Shown piece by piece: positions 8,570 through 17,696 of a stretch of 37,404 nt of DNA. The position numbers and the translations under genes are program-made. The DNA is from a virus (Duplodnaviria > Caudoviricetes). Below the pieces are notes generated by a model that worked only from the letters and a program-made list of their open reading frames with translations, made no database searches and was not told the origin of the DNA. Each line of letters starts with the position of its first letter. Within the stretch, counting starts at the first letter, position 1. The stretch covers positions 1 through 37,404 of IMG/VR virus record IMGVR_UViG_3300030372_003522; one strand, written 5' to 3'.

Positions 8570-11500
8570 ATGCCCAAAAGTATTTATGACCTTAAAGATT
8601 TTTCTGGAGGGCTAAATACCCGTATAGATAAAAGAGATATTTCCGATACAGATTTTGCAAACACGTTAGGCTTTTCTTTTGATACTCCTGGTATTATAAA
8701 AATGATGGACAGAAGTAAAATTCACAAGTATAACGGAACCACAAGTACGCCTATATTCGGAGATAATAATTATAAGTTAGAAGAAGGTTTTGGTGCTGAA
8801 TTTGTTTCATTTGATAAAGCAGCTCAATGGGTAATTTTAAGAACCAGTGAAGATGTTAGTGCTTTAAATGATAGTTATTATTTAAGTAATAATACTGACT
8901 CTGGTGGAGACTGGGATACTGATGACACATTTTTTGTTTTAAAAATTATTAGTGTTAATAATTCTGTTGTAAGTGGTAATAGAACTATAACTTGTTATGT
9001 TATAAAGCCAGGAACTACTTCAAATAGCTTGCATACTGCTTTTGCTCAACAGGCTACAGTTAGTTTAAAAAAATCAACATCTATAGATGGAACAAGTGCT
9101 AGTTCAGCAATTGATATTATTTCAACAGGTGGAACAGAAATATTAAATAACCCAAGTTTTACTTCTACAGACCATTGGACTTTAGGAGGAACTTCTGGAA
9201 CAAATGCATGGGGTATAACTGGAAATGATTTAGTATTAACTGCTAATACTGGTCTTCCTAGTGGTGGTGGACATTATATATATCAAACATCTGGAAGTAT
9301 GGCGACAGCAAGTGAAATAGAAGCAGGCGGACTTTATATTTTAAAAGTAACATTTGATGGTAGTGCTAATTTAACCGCAGGAAAAAGTTTTGATGTTTAT
9401 TTTGGTGATTTACAACCTTGTGCAACTATTAATCAAAGCGACATTTCTTCTAATGTCGTATATAAAACAATTAAAGCAGGTTCTGCTATTCAATATATTG
9501 GTCTTATGTTTGCAACTACATCTAGTACAATAGGAGCTACTGCAGAAATAACAGAAGTGTCATTAAAAAGATTTGCAGTTTCATGGGGTCAGTCAGAAAA
9601 TTGGACTGATGACACTATAAATGATAGTAGCATATTTGTATATAATGCACATGACGAATCTATAGACCAATTTAATTATACTACAAAAGCATGGCATCAA
9701 GTAATGAAAGAATCTGCAACAGATGCTAACACATTAGAACCATTAATATTATTAGATGATGATGGTAGTGCTACAGTTGAAATAAAGCCTATTATGTATG
9801 CAGTTGATGGAGCTCTTCATGTAGTAGATACAAATTTTAAAACAAAAACAAATGATTTATCTGCAGCTAGAAAACCTTGTGAAAGTAAGTGGATTGGGTA
9901 TATATCAAGAAAATACTTTAATGATGATTGTGTTTATTCTAAATGGCATACAACATATATGGATATTAAACCGCCTACAGATGGGTATGTATATGAAGAT
10001 AATCATCCATTAAATCCAACACAGCTTGCTGATGGCTTTATAAATATGAAAGTAAATAAAAGAAAGCCTAATGACCAAGTTACTATATGGGAGTCATGTG
10101 AAGATTCAGATGGGTGGTATTCTGGTAAAAGTGGAAAACAAAACTTTAACTATAATTTTCCTATATCTAGGCAAGCTTTCGATGTAAGTTACCCTGAATA
10201 TCCTGTTCCTTTAAATCCAGATGGAACACAAAAAAATGCAGTTATGGGCCTTGTTGGTCGTTCTATACATCAACCTAAATTTATTTTTCAATATCATAGC
10301 GGAACAGATGGGACAAATAGTCCTAGTGAGGCATTTAATAATATAATAGACTTATCTTCTTCGGGTTCTTCTTCAATAATGTTTGATTTATTCATTAATC
10401 CTGATGCTTATGCTAATTTAAGGCAATCTGATTATGCTATGGAAATTTGGATAGGCAATTTAGGTGACTATGTTGCTAGTCTTGGAGCAGAATTTGATGA
10501 AAGTTTTGATGGAGATTTTGATAGTTCTAGTGTAAGCGCAATTAGATTTCAATTTGATAAAGAAGATTTAACTGAAGGTTGGAGCACGTACACTGTAGAT
10601 GCAAATAGATATGATAAAATTACAGGTTCTTTTGATGCTAAAAATGTAAAAGATTTTGTAGTTTATCTTTTTCCTTCAATGACAAGTACAACAAAAAATT
10701 TACCCTCAATAGGTCAGGCTACTAATCATGATACTTTAACTTCGTCTGTACCAAAAATAAGATTTAGAGGTTCCGAAAATGCAGCCACTTCAGATAGATT
10801 TAGAGAATTAACAAATAGTGCATTAGATATAACTGTTCCCATTGTGCAATTAGAGTGGAACCAAGGAGATTCATATGTTTTAGGTAATTTTGTATTAGAT
10901 ATCTCTAATGAAAGCAGTAGTAGCGATGGAGGAATGGCTCATTATACTAATCATTATGACGGGACAAATGGTGTAATATCAACTATTAAAAACCATGCTA
11001 ACAATACTACTTACACAGGGACAAATTTAAGTGATAGGTTTCAAGTTGGAGATTTATTAATGTTTTTTATGGATGACGACGCATATGATAATAGTTCAGC
11101 ATTAGATGTAAGCTCTACAAGCAATGAAAATAAATTTGAATTTGCAACTATTACTGAAGTTGATACAAGCGGAAATACATTAAGAGTATCAGTTGGACAT
11201 AATGATGGAGATTTAGTTACTCGTCAAATGACAAATGACGAAGTAGCTTTAATTGTTGGAAATAATGTAGATAGTATAAATAGATTTGTAGTATTAAGAA
11301 AAACAGAAGAAACTGGAGCTAATGATAAACCTGTAGAAAATATACCATATGCAATAAGTAATATTAGATATGGTAAAAAATCAGCTGGAGAATGGACAGG
11401 AAAGTATAAATTCTTTTATAGTTGGGTGTATGACGATAAACAAGAATCTAAGTTGTTTGAGTTTAAAAATCCTACAAATGATTATAATATTACAGGCGCA

Positions 11501-13549
11501 ACAACTACAAATGAAATAACTTTTGACGAAGAAACTGCATATATTAACTTTTCATTAAGAGAAGCTACTATTAATGGCGGATGGAATCATGCAACAGCTG
11601 GTAGCAAACGAATAACAAAAGCAAATATATATTATTCAAAAATGCTAGAAGAAGGTGAATTTGGAGAAGTACCAGAATTATTACTTGGAGAATTAGATTT
11701 AAATAAAGGTTTTAAAGTTTCTGGAGAGTCAGAGCACAATGAGTTCCAATCTGTTAATCCAGGTTCATATGCATCTAAAGATTTAATTATACCTGTAACG
11801 GATGGAAGATTAGCAGCTGGTGATAGTGGAGATGGAGATATTGTAAGTAATTCACAAGATATAAATTTTGGAACATTTTCTGCTTATACTCCAGCTGTAA
11901 ATGATAAAGTTAGAGTAAAAACAACAACTAAGCAATTTTCTGACGACACTTTTTCTAGGGATTTTACAGTTAAAGAAATAGTTGGAACTAATAATAATAC
12001 ATTAACTGTTCATGACCCAGGGGATACAATAGATGACCCTTCTACTGCAGATGAAGCTATTACAGTTTCTAAAATTTTTGATTACGAATTTCAATATGGA
12101 ATTACAGAAGGTTCTAGGACAGATGGTTCTGTAGATTTTTCAGTAGTAAATGATATTCCCATAGAATCTCCACCTGCTGTTGAGCTTTTTGATTCAATGG
12201 CTTTATACTCTAATAAAAATATAGATATAAATAATGCTAAATTTAAAACATTTGCATTTAATGATAGGTATATGTACATAGGAAATGTTCTTCAAGATGG
12301 AAGGGTTTATGGAGACAGAATACTTAAATCTCTTCCTAACAGAATGGATATTTTCCCAGAAGATAATTTTATAACAGTTACAAGAAACGATGGCGATGAA
12401 ATTGTAAGACTTGAAGCATTTAATGATAGGTTATTAGAATTTAAAAATAGAGTATTAAATGTAATTAATGTGTCAGGAAATACAGAATATTTAGAAGCTT
12501 CATTTAAACATTTAGGGGTCAAAACTCATAATGCTGTTTGTAAAACTAATATAGGAGTAGCTTTTGCAAATGAAAATGGATTATATATATACACAGGTGA
12601 AGGAGAGCCTGCTAATTTAACTGCAAAAGTATCAATTGCAGATTGGAATACATTTGTAGATAGCTATCCAAATAAACTTTCTTGTTTTTACGTTCCAGAA
12701 CAAGAACAGTTGGGAGTAGTAAATGGATATAAACAAAGCGCATATTATCAAGATGTATATTTATTTGATTTAAAAACTAAATCTATTACTAAAGGCCAAA
12801 GTGTTCTTGACTTTGAAAGAAATTATACAAACTTTATGTATGACGATATAAATAACAAATGCATATGGATTAATCAAGATTTTTCAGCAAATTCATCTGC
12901 TATATCTGTTAATACATTTGATAATACTTTAACAACTGCAGGAGTTACTCATTCAGCTATTAGCGCTAATATTGGTTCAAGAGATATAGATACAAATGGA
13001 TTAGATGCATTATATAGTGGAGAAGCTGCGCAAGTTGATACTAATGGCGACCATGGATTTTTAGATGGCTTATATGTAGATATAAACGATGATAATGCTG
13101 ATAACGCTCATGATGGAACTTATAAAATATTTAAAAAAGATGGCGATGAATTTTATATTCCAGCAAAAAGTGCAGAAGTAGATAGAGAAGGGACTGTAAC
13201 TCTTTCTTCTAGTCCTCAAGGAGTTCATTTAGAAACTAAACATTTAGACTTTGGAAGTCCTAATGTAAGGAAGAAAATATATAGTATTTCTATATCTCAC
13301 AAAAATTCAGACGGAACACTAGAATTACAATATCAAATTACTAACGATTCTGGAACAAGCAGTTGGACTGATGCTGGAACCTTAACAAATTATGGAGATT
13401 ATCAAAGACAAGTATTTTCTTTATCTGTAAATAATATATATACTATAGGATTTAGAATTGTTGCAAATGGAACTACTGTAGTTTCTGTTCCATATGACTT
13501 TGCAATTAATGATATGGGCATAGTTTATAGGACGAAGAATGTCAAATAG
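8570..13549 (+). CDS. Large tail nozzle / tail tubular B-like protein with inserted beta-sandwich domains
   Basis: N-terminal DFSGGLN; C-terminal propeller-like blocks (DGDEIVRL, GVAFANENGLYIY) and LETKHLDFGSPNVRKK...FAINDMGIVYR; about 1100 aa of S/T/D/N-rich inserts. Confidence 0.65.
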   Translation: MPKSIYDLKDFSGGLNTRIDKRDISDTDFANTLGFSFDTPGIIKMMDRSKIHKYNGTTSTPIFGDNNYKLEEGFGAEFVSFDKAAQWVILRTSEDVSALNDSYYLSNNTDSGGDWDTDDTFFVLKIISVNNSVVSGNRTITCYVIKPGTTSNSLHTAFAQQATVSLKKSTSIDGTSASSAIDIISTGGTEILNNPSFTSTDHWTLGGTSGTNAWGITGNDLVLTANTGLPSGGGHYIYQTSGSMATASEIEAGGLYILKVTFDGSANLTAGKSFDVYFGDLQPCATINQSDISSNVVYKTIKAGSAIQYIGLMFATTSSTIGATAEITEVSLKRFAVSWGQSENWTDDTINDSSIFVYNAHDESIDQFNYTTKAWHQVMKESATDANTLEPLILLDDDGSATVEIKPIMYAVDGALHVVDTNFKTKTNDLSAARKPCESKWIGYISRKYFNDDCVYSKWHTTYMDIKPPTDGYVYEDNHPLNPTQLADGFINMKVNKRKPNDQVTIWESCEDSDGWYSGKSGKQNFNYNFPISRQAFDVSYPEYPVPLNPDGTQKNAVMGLVGRSIHQPKFIFQYHSGTDGTNSPSEAFNNIIDLSSSGSSSIMFDLFINPDAYANLRQSDYAMEIWIGNLGDYVASLGAEFDESFDGDFDSSSVSAIRFQFDKEDLTEGWSTYTVDANRYDKITGSFDAKNVKDFVVYLFPSMTSTTKNLPSIGQATNHDTLTSSVPKIRFRGSENAATSDRFRELTNSALDITVPIVQLEWNQGDSYVLGNFVLDISNESSSSDGGMAHYTNHYDGTNGVISTIKNHANNTTYTGTNLSDRFQVGDLLMFFMDDDAYDNSSALDVSSTSNENKFEFATITEVDTSGNTLRVSVGHNDGDLVTRQMTNDEVALIVGNNVDSINRFVVLRKTEETGANDKPVENIPYAISNIRYGKKSAGEWTGKYKFFYSWVYDDKQESKLFEFKNPTNDYNITGATTTNEITFDEETAYINFSLREATINGGWNHATAGSKRITKANIYYSKMLEEGEFGEVPELLLGELDLNKGFKVSGESEHNEFQSVNPGSYASKDLIIPVTDGRLAAGDSGDGDIVSNSQDINFGTFSAYTPAVNDKVRVKTTTKQFSDDTFSRDFTVKEIVGTNNNTLTVHDPGDTIDDPSTADEAITVSKIFDYEFQYGITEGSRTDGSVDFSVVNDIPIESPPAVELFDSMALYSNKNIDINNAKFKTFAFNDRYMYIGNVLQDGRVYGDRILKSLPNRMDIFPEDNFITVTRNDGDEIVRLEAFNDRLLEFKNRVLNVINVSGNTEYLEASFKHLGVKTHNAVCKTNIGVAFANENGLYIYTGEGEPANLTAKVSIADWNTFVDSYPNKLSCFYVPEQEQLGVVNGYKQSAYYQDVYLFDLKTKSITKGQSVLDFERNYTNFMYDDINNKCIWINQDFSANSSAISVNTFDNTLTTAGVTHSAISANIGSRDIDTNGLDALYSGEAAQVDTNGDHGFLDGLYVDINDDNADNAHDGTYKIFKKDGDEFYIPAKSAEVDREGTVTLSSSPQGVHLETKHLDFGSPNVRKKIYSISISHKNSDGTLELQYQITNDSGTSSWTDAGTLTNYGDYQRQVFSLSVNNIYTIGFRIVANGTTVVSVPYDFAINDMGIVYRTKNVK

Positions 13550-15215
13550 AAAAATAGATAGATTATCACATCTTAAGTCTGATAGCACTCAAATTAAAAA
13601 AGGCTTTCCATCTAAACAAGAAGGTATAGAAGGAAATATAGAGCTTAGACATGTTCCTGGTTACGGACTAGCTTTGTTTGCATTTTCTTCAGGTAACTGG
13701 TATGTTTCTCGAATGGAATTGCAAAAAGTTAAAAAAACAACTAAAAAACTAGTTGTTGACACTTTAGAAGTTAAAAAAGGATTAGACTTAAATAAAACAT
13801 CTGTTAAAAATTTAGACCCTGATAAAATAGATGGTGCTAAAAAATGGAATGATACTCATAAAAATATGATTAGCGGGGAATTTAATCCTAAGTTTAAAGA
13901 TGTATCTACAGAAAAAGTTAAATTTTCAACTACCGAAAACGTTGAATTATCCGTTGATTCTGGAAGTTTAGTAACTACAATAGATGGAGATACTGGGAAT
14001 ACTCATAAAATAGTAAGAGATGTTAATGATGGTAACCCTTCAATACAAATGGGTTCTTCTGATACTGAATGCCTTAAAATAATCGCTAATTATGATAGTG
14101 GTGGAAAAGGTATAGACAAAGTTCAATATGTTACGCTTACAGCTAGTAGTGATGCTGATAAGGGTAAGCATGAATTTTATGTTGATGGAACTGGAGGGGG
14201 AAACCTTAAATTAACAATTGATGATGATGGTCTTGTTGCTTATAATCCTATTACAGCATCTGAAATACAAACAAGTGTAGGCACTATTACTTTAGATGCA
14301 GCTTCAGATGTTGTATTAGATGCTAATTCAGGAATACATAAGTTTTTATTAGCAGGAGATGCAGATGATTTATGTACATTGACTGTAGCTGCTAACGGAG
14401 CAACTACTATAGCAACTTCTGATAGTGATGGGACTTCAGGTGATTTAACATTAGATATTGATGGAGATATAGAATTAAATGCTGATGGTGGTAATATTTC
14501 ATTGAACGATAATTTAGCCCCATTGGCTAATTTTTCTGAAGGTCGTATAAATATTTTTCATGATGCTACAAGTTATTGTCGTATTGATGTAACTGATGCT
14601 GGCGTTACTCAAATAAGCACTCATGATGGAACTGCAACTGATGCAGACTTTACAATTGATGCAGGAGGAGATATTACTCTTGATTCAGGAACTGGGAAAT
14701 TTATAGCAAAAAATAATGGTACAGAATTTAATGTAGCTAATAGCGCATACGCTGGAATGATACTCGGCTATAGAATGGAAGGGGAATCTGCTGTACATCA
14801 CTCTTTAACATTAACAACTTCGTTTGCTGTAACAGATGCAAATCATACAGTAAGATTTATTGCTCCGCCTAGCGGAGTAGTAGAGGTAGAGGTGCAAATA
14901 TACGCTAATGCCTCAACATCAAATAGAGGCACATATTTAGGCTTAAGCGATAATGCAACATATAATAGTCTAGGTTCTACATATGAGGTACAAATTAGAT
15001 TTCCAGACGAAACAGACGATGGTGTATTTACAAATAAATGGGTAATTACTGGATTAACTCCTGGAAATACTTATAATTACTGGCTAGGAGCAAGAACTAG
15101 TGGAACAGTTGCTTATTTAAATTGGGGCGGTACTGGTAGTAATAGATTTCCAGATTTTATAATGAAAGTAACAGCATTACCTACAGCTGTATCAGATTTC
15201 GCAGTATATGATTAA
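13539..15215 (+). CDS. Putative tail fibre / receptor-binding protein
   Basis: Repeated DxTLDAxGDIxL beta motifs and a beta-sandwich-like C-terminal domain; follows the nozzle gene. Confidence 0.6.
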   Translation: MSNRKIDRLSHLKSDSTQIKKGFPSKQEGIEGNIELRHVPGYGLALFAFSSGNWYVSRMELQKVKKTTKKLVVDTLEVKKGLDLNKTSVKNLDPDKIDGAKKWNDTHKNMISGEFNPKFKDVSTEKVKFSTTENVELSVDSGSLVTTIDGDTGNTHKIVRDVNDGNPSIQMGSSDTECLKIIANYDSGGKGIDKVQYVTLTASSDADKGKHEFYVDGTGGGNLKLTIDDDGLVAYNPITASEIQTSVGTITLDAASDVVLDANSGIHKFLLAGDADDLCTLTVAANGATTIATSDSDGTSGDLTLDIDGDIELNADGGNISLNDNLAPLANFSEGRINIFHDATSYCRIDVTDAGVTQISTHDGTATDADFTIDAGGDITLDSGTGKFIAKNNGTEFNVANSAYAGMILGYRMEGESAVHHSLTLTTSFAVTDANHTVRFIAPPSGVVEVEVQIYANASTSNRGTYLGLSDNATYNSLGSTYEVQIRFPDETDDGVFTNKWVITGLTPGNTYNYWLGARTSGTVAYLNWGGTGSNRFPDFIMKVTALPTAVSDFAVYD

Positions 15216-15303
15216 AAAAATAATGACCAATAAAACAAAATTTAAACTATGAAAAAAACAAAAAAATTAATAAATTACAGTATTTATAAAGAGGCAGTTA
15301 AGT

Positions 15304-16011
15304 ATGACCACTAAAATATCTCCACAAATGCTAGCATCATTGTATCCTGATACAAAATTTGCAGGAGTTAAAAGAACGTTAGCAAAAGTAAAAAATAATG
15401 TTGAAAAAAGCACAGCTGAAACTAACCTTGCTATAAATACTATAGAAAAAACATTTCAAACTAAAATGAAATTAATGAGCACTCTATCTGGTGAGCTTTC
15501 TGGTTATAAAGATGCAAAAGAAGGTGGTTTTGAAGGAGGTGTTTTAAAGTGGATAACAGCTTCTCCTGAAACTCAAAAAATATTTATACAAAAAAAATAT
15601 GACCCTAATACAATTATTCCTGAAACTTCTAATAAAGATAAAAAAATTAAAGCAAAAGGATTGTTTGGCGGCCCTGACAAATCTCAAACAGAAATGAATA
15701 CGCCGTCTTTATTTAACAATGATACTAGTAATAAAATAGAAAACAATTTAGCCGAACTAGGAGAACCAACATATTTAAACGATTCCATAGAAAAAGAGTC
15801 GGAAAATATTAATTTAAATATGGAAGATATAGGTTCAATTCCAACTTTAGATGAAATATTAGCTAGCAAAAATCAATCTCAGGCAATAATAGATAATAGT
15901 ACAAATGATGATGAAAGAAGAAAAGCTCAAAATAATATTGATGTAATAGATAATTTATATTCTAATATGGATGGTTTAGATAGTTTTGATTTGGAGGAGT
16001 TATATGGCTGA
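15304..16011 (+). CDS. Putative internal virion protein
   Basis: GAGG RBS; first gene of the block between the tail and lysis modules; no recognised motif. Confidence 0.45.
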   Translation: MTTKISPQMLASLYPDTKFAGVKRTLAKVKNNVEKSTAETNLAINTIEKTFQTKMKLMSTLSGELSGYKDAKEGGFEGGVLKWITASPETQKIFIQKKYDPNTIIPETSNKDKKIKAKGLFGGPDKSQTEMNTPSLFNNDTSNKIENNLAELGEPTYLNDSIEKESENINLNMEDIGSIPTLDEILASKNQSQAIIDNSTNDDERRKAQNNIDVIDNLYSNMDGLDSFDLEELYG

Positions 16012-16603
16012 TAGTAGTGATTTATCCGCAGGTTTATTAGGAGGCCTTTCAGGGGCTGCAGGTTTTAATGCTGTAGGTTTAGCAGGACCACTTGGTTTTG
16101 CAATCGGTGGTATTGCTGCTTTACTTGGCAATAAAGCTAAAAAAGATGAACAAAACAGACAAATTGAAGCGCATAATAAAAAAATTAAATCTCAAAGAAA
16201 GTTAGTAAAAGGCAAGAAAAAAGAAGTTGGTCAGAAAATGGCAGGAATTGGAACATACTTTGACACTTTAGATGAGTATAAAACAAATGAAATTGATGCA
16301 AATACTAGCAATGAGCTTGACATGTTCTTAGCAAGCACTGTAGGACAAATAGAAGATTTTGAAGATGTTAGTGCAAAAACAGGATTAGAATCATCATCTA
16401 TTAATAAAAAAATATCTACTATTAAAGACCTAACAGCTTTAAAGTCAGAAGATATTAAAAATGTAGGCAGAGGTCAAAAAGAATTATTAGCTTTTGATAT
16501 AGCAACTCAAAGGAGAAATATAGAGCAAAGTTCTAGAAATATGTGGCAAGATTTAGCAGACCAATATGATATATTAGGTGATGAATATATGGAAACAGTT
16601 TAG
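16004..16603 (+). CDS. Putative ejection/pilot protein with glycine-rich membrane segment
   Basis: Likely start is ATG 16004 (GGAGGAG RBS). AGLLGGLSGAAG...GPLGFAIGGIAALLG followed by a coiled coil resembles small podovirus ejection proteins. Confidence 0.6.
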   Translation: MADSSDLSAGLLGGLSGAAGFNAVGLAGPLGFAIGGIAALLGNKAKKDEQNRQIEAHNKKIKSQRKLVKGKKKEVGQKMAGIGTYFDTLDEYKTNEIDANTSNELDMFLASTVGQIEDFEDVSAKTGLESSSINKKISTIKDLTALKSEDIKNVGRGQKELLAFDIATQRRNIEQSSRNMWQDLADQYDILGDEYMETV

Positions 16604-16611
16604 GAGTTTAA

Positions 16612-17691
16612 ATGGCAATAAGTGACGATATAAGACAGTTAGTTAAAAGAGAACAAGATATACAGGGTGTTATAGGTGTATTAGATACTTATTTGGCTAA
16701 TAAATCTAAAGCACGTCAAGCATTTAAACCAGCTGTAGCTAAACAAGAAAAATTAACTGCAGTAACAACAGAAGGCGAAGATGGTGTTAAAACAACTGAA
16801 TATTTAACAAGAGAACAAATTCTTGCTAGACAAAATGAAGAAGGCGGTTTTGTAACAGGTAGGCCTAAAAAAGATAGTAGTGAACAAAATACGTCGACTT
16901 ATAAACAGAACTTAATAACTACACTTAATAATAAAGCAAACGAAATTATAAGTATATATGGTGAAGAAGATGGTAATGAGTTAATTAATAATTTTTCTAA
17001 TCAAATAAATGAAATGCCAATTATAAATTCTGGCACATTTACAAATACAAAAAATATGATTAATAACACATCAAAGTTAGAATTAGATGTTTTTAATGTA
17101 AAAACAAACGAATACGAAAAAGTTCCAACTGCACTTTATCTTAATAATCGAGATGATTACAACTTAAAAGCTGATATAACAGCTCAAAATAAAATTATAG
17201 ACAAAAAACAAAAAGAAAGGTCTAGAAATTTAAAAATTAACATTAAAAGAAATCAACAAATATTTAAAAAGCTTACAAAAAATTATGAAAATGAATTATC
17301 AATATTGCAAAGCAATAACGAATCTCTTATAAATGATGTTTTTGATGTACAGGAAAAAATACTTAAAGACACATATCTTTCAGAAAACCCATCTTTTAAC
17401 GATAATAATATAGTTGTATTTTCAGGAAAAGATGCAATAGATAAAGTTTTAAAAAGTATAGGAGTGGAAATTAACGAAAAAAATAGAAAAGGAGCAAGAG
17501 AGTTTATAGAAAATAAACAGCGTGAATTTTATGAAAACCCATCTCAGTATATAAAAGATGGAGAAGAATTAATTCTTATAAATGATAAAATACTTCCTAA
17601 AGAGTCTGATATTAGGATGATAATGAATTTAAATAACCCAAGTATATACGATGAATCAAAATCAGATTCTAATGATTTTATTGTTCAATAA
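16612..17691 (+). CDS. Putative internal virion/ejection protein
   Basis: AGGAG RBS; helical, N/K/E-rich; syntenic with the ejection block. Confidence 0.45.
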   Translation: MAISDDIRQLVKREQDIQGVIGVLDTYLANKSKARQAFKPAVAKQEKLTAVTTEGEDGVKTTEYLTREQILARQNEEGGFVTGRPKKDSSEQNTSTYKQNLITTLNNKANEIISIYGEEDGNELINNFSNQINEMPIINSGTFTNTKNMINNTSKLELDVFNVKTNEYEKVPTALYLNNRDDYNLKADITAQNKIIDKKQKERSRNLKINIKRNQQIFKKLTKNYENELSILQSNNESLINDVFDVQEKILKDTYLSENPSFNDNNIVVFSGKDAIDKVLKSIGVEINEKNRKGAREFIENKQREFYENPSQYIKDGEELILINDKILPKESDIRMIMNLNNPSIYDESKSDSNDFIVQ

Positions 17692-17696
17692 TTAAT

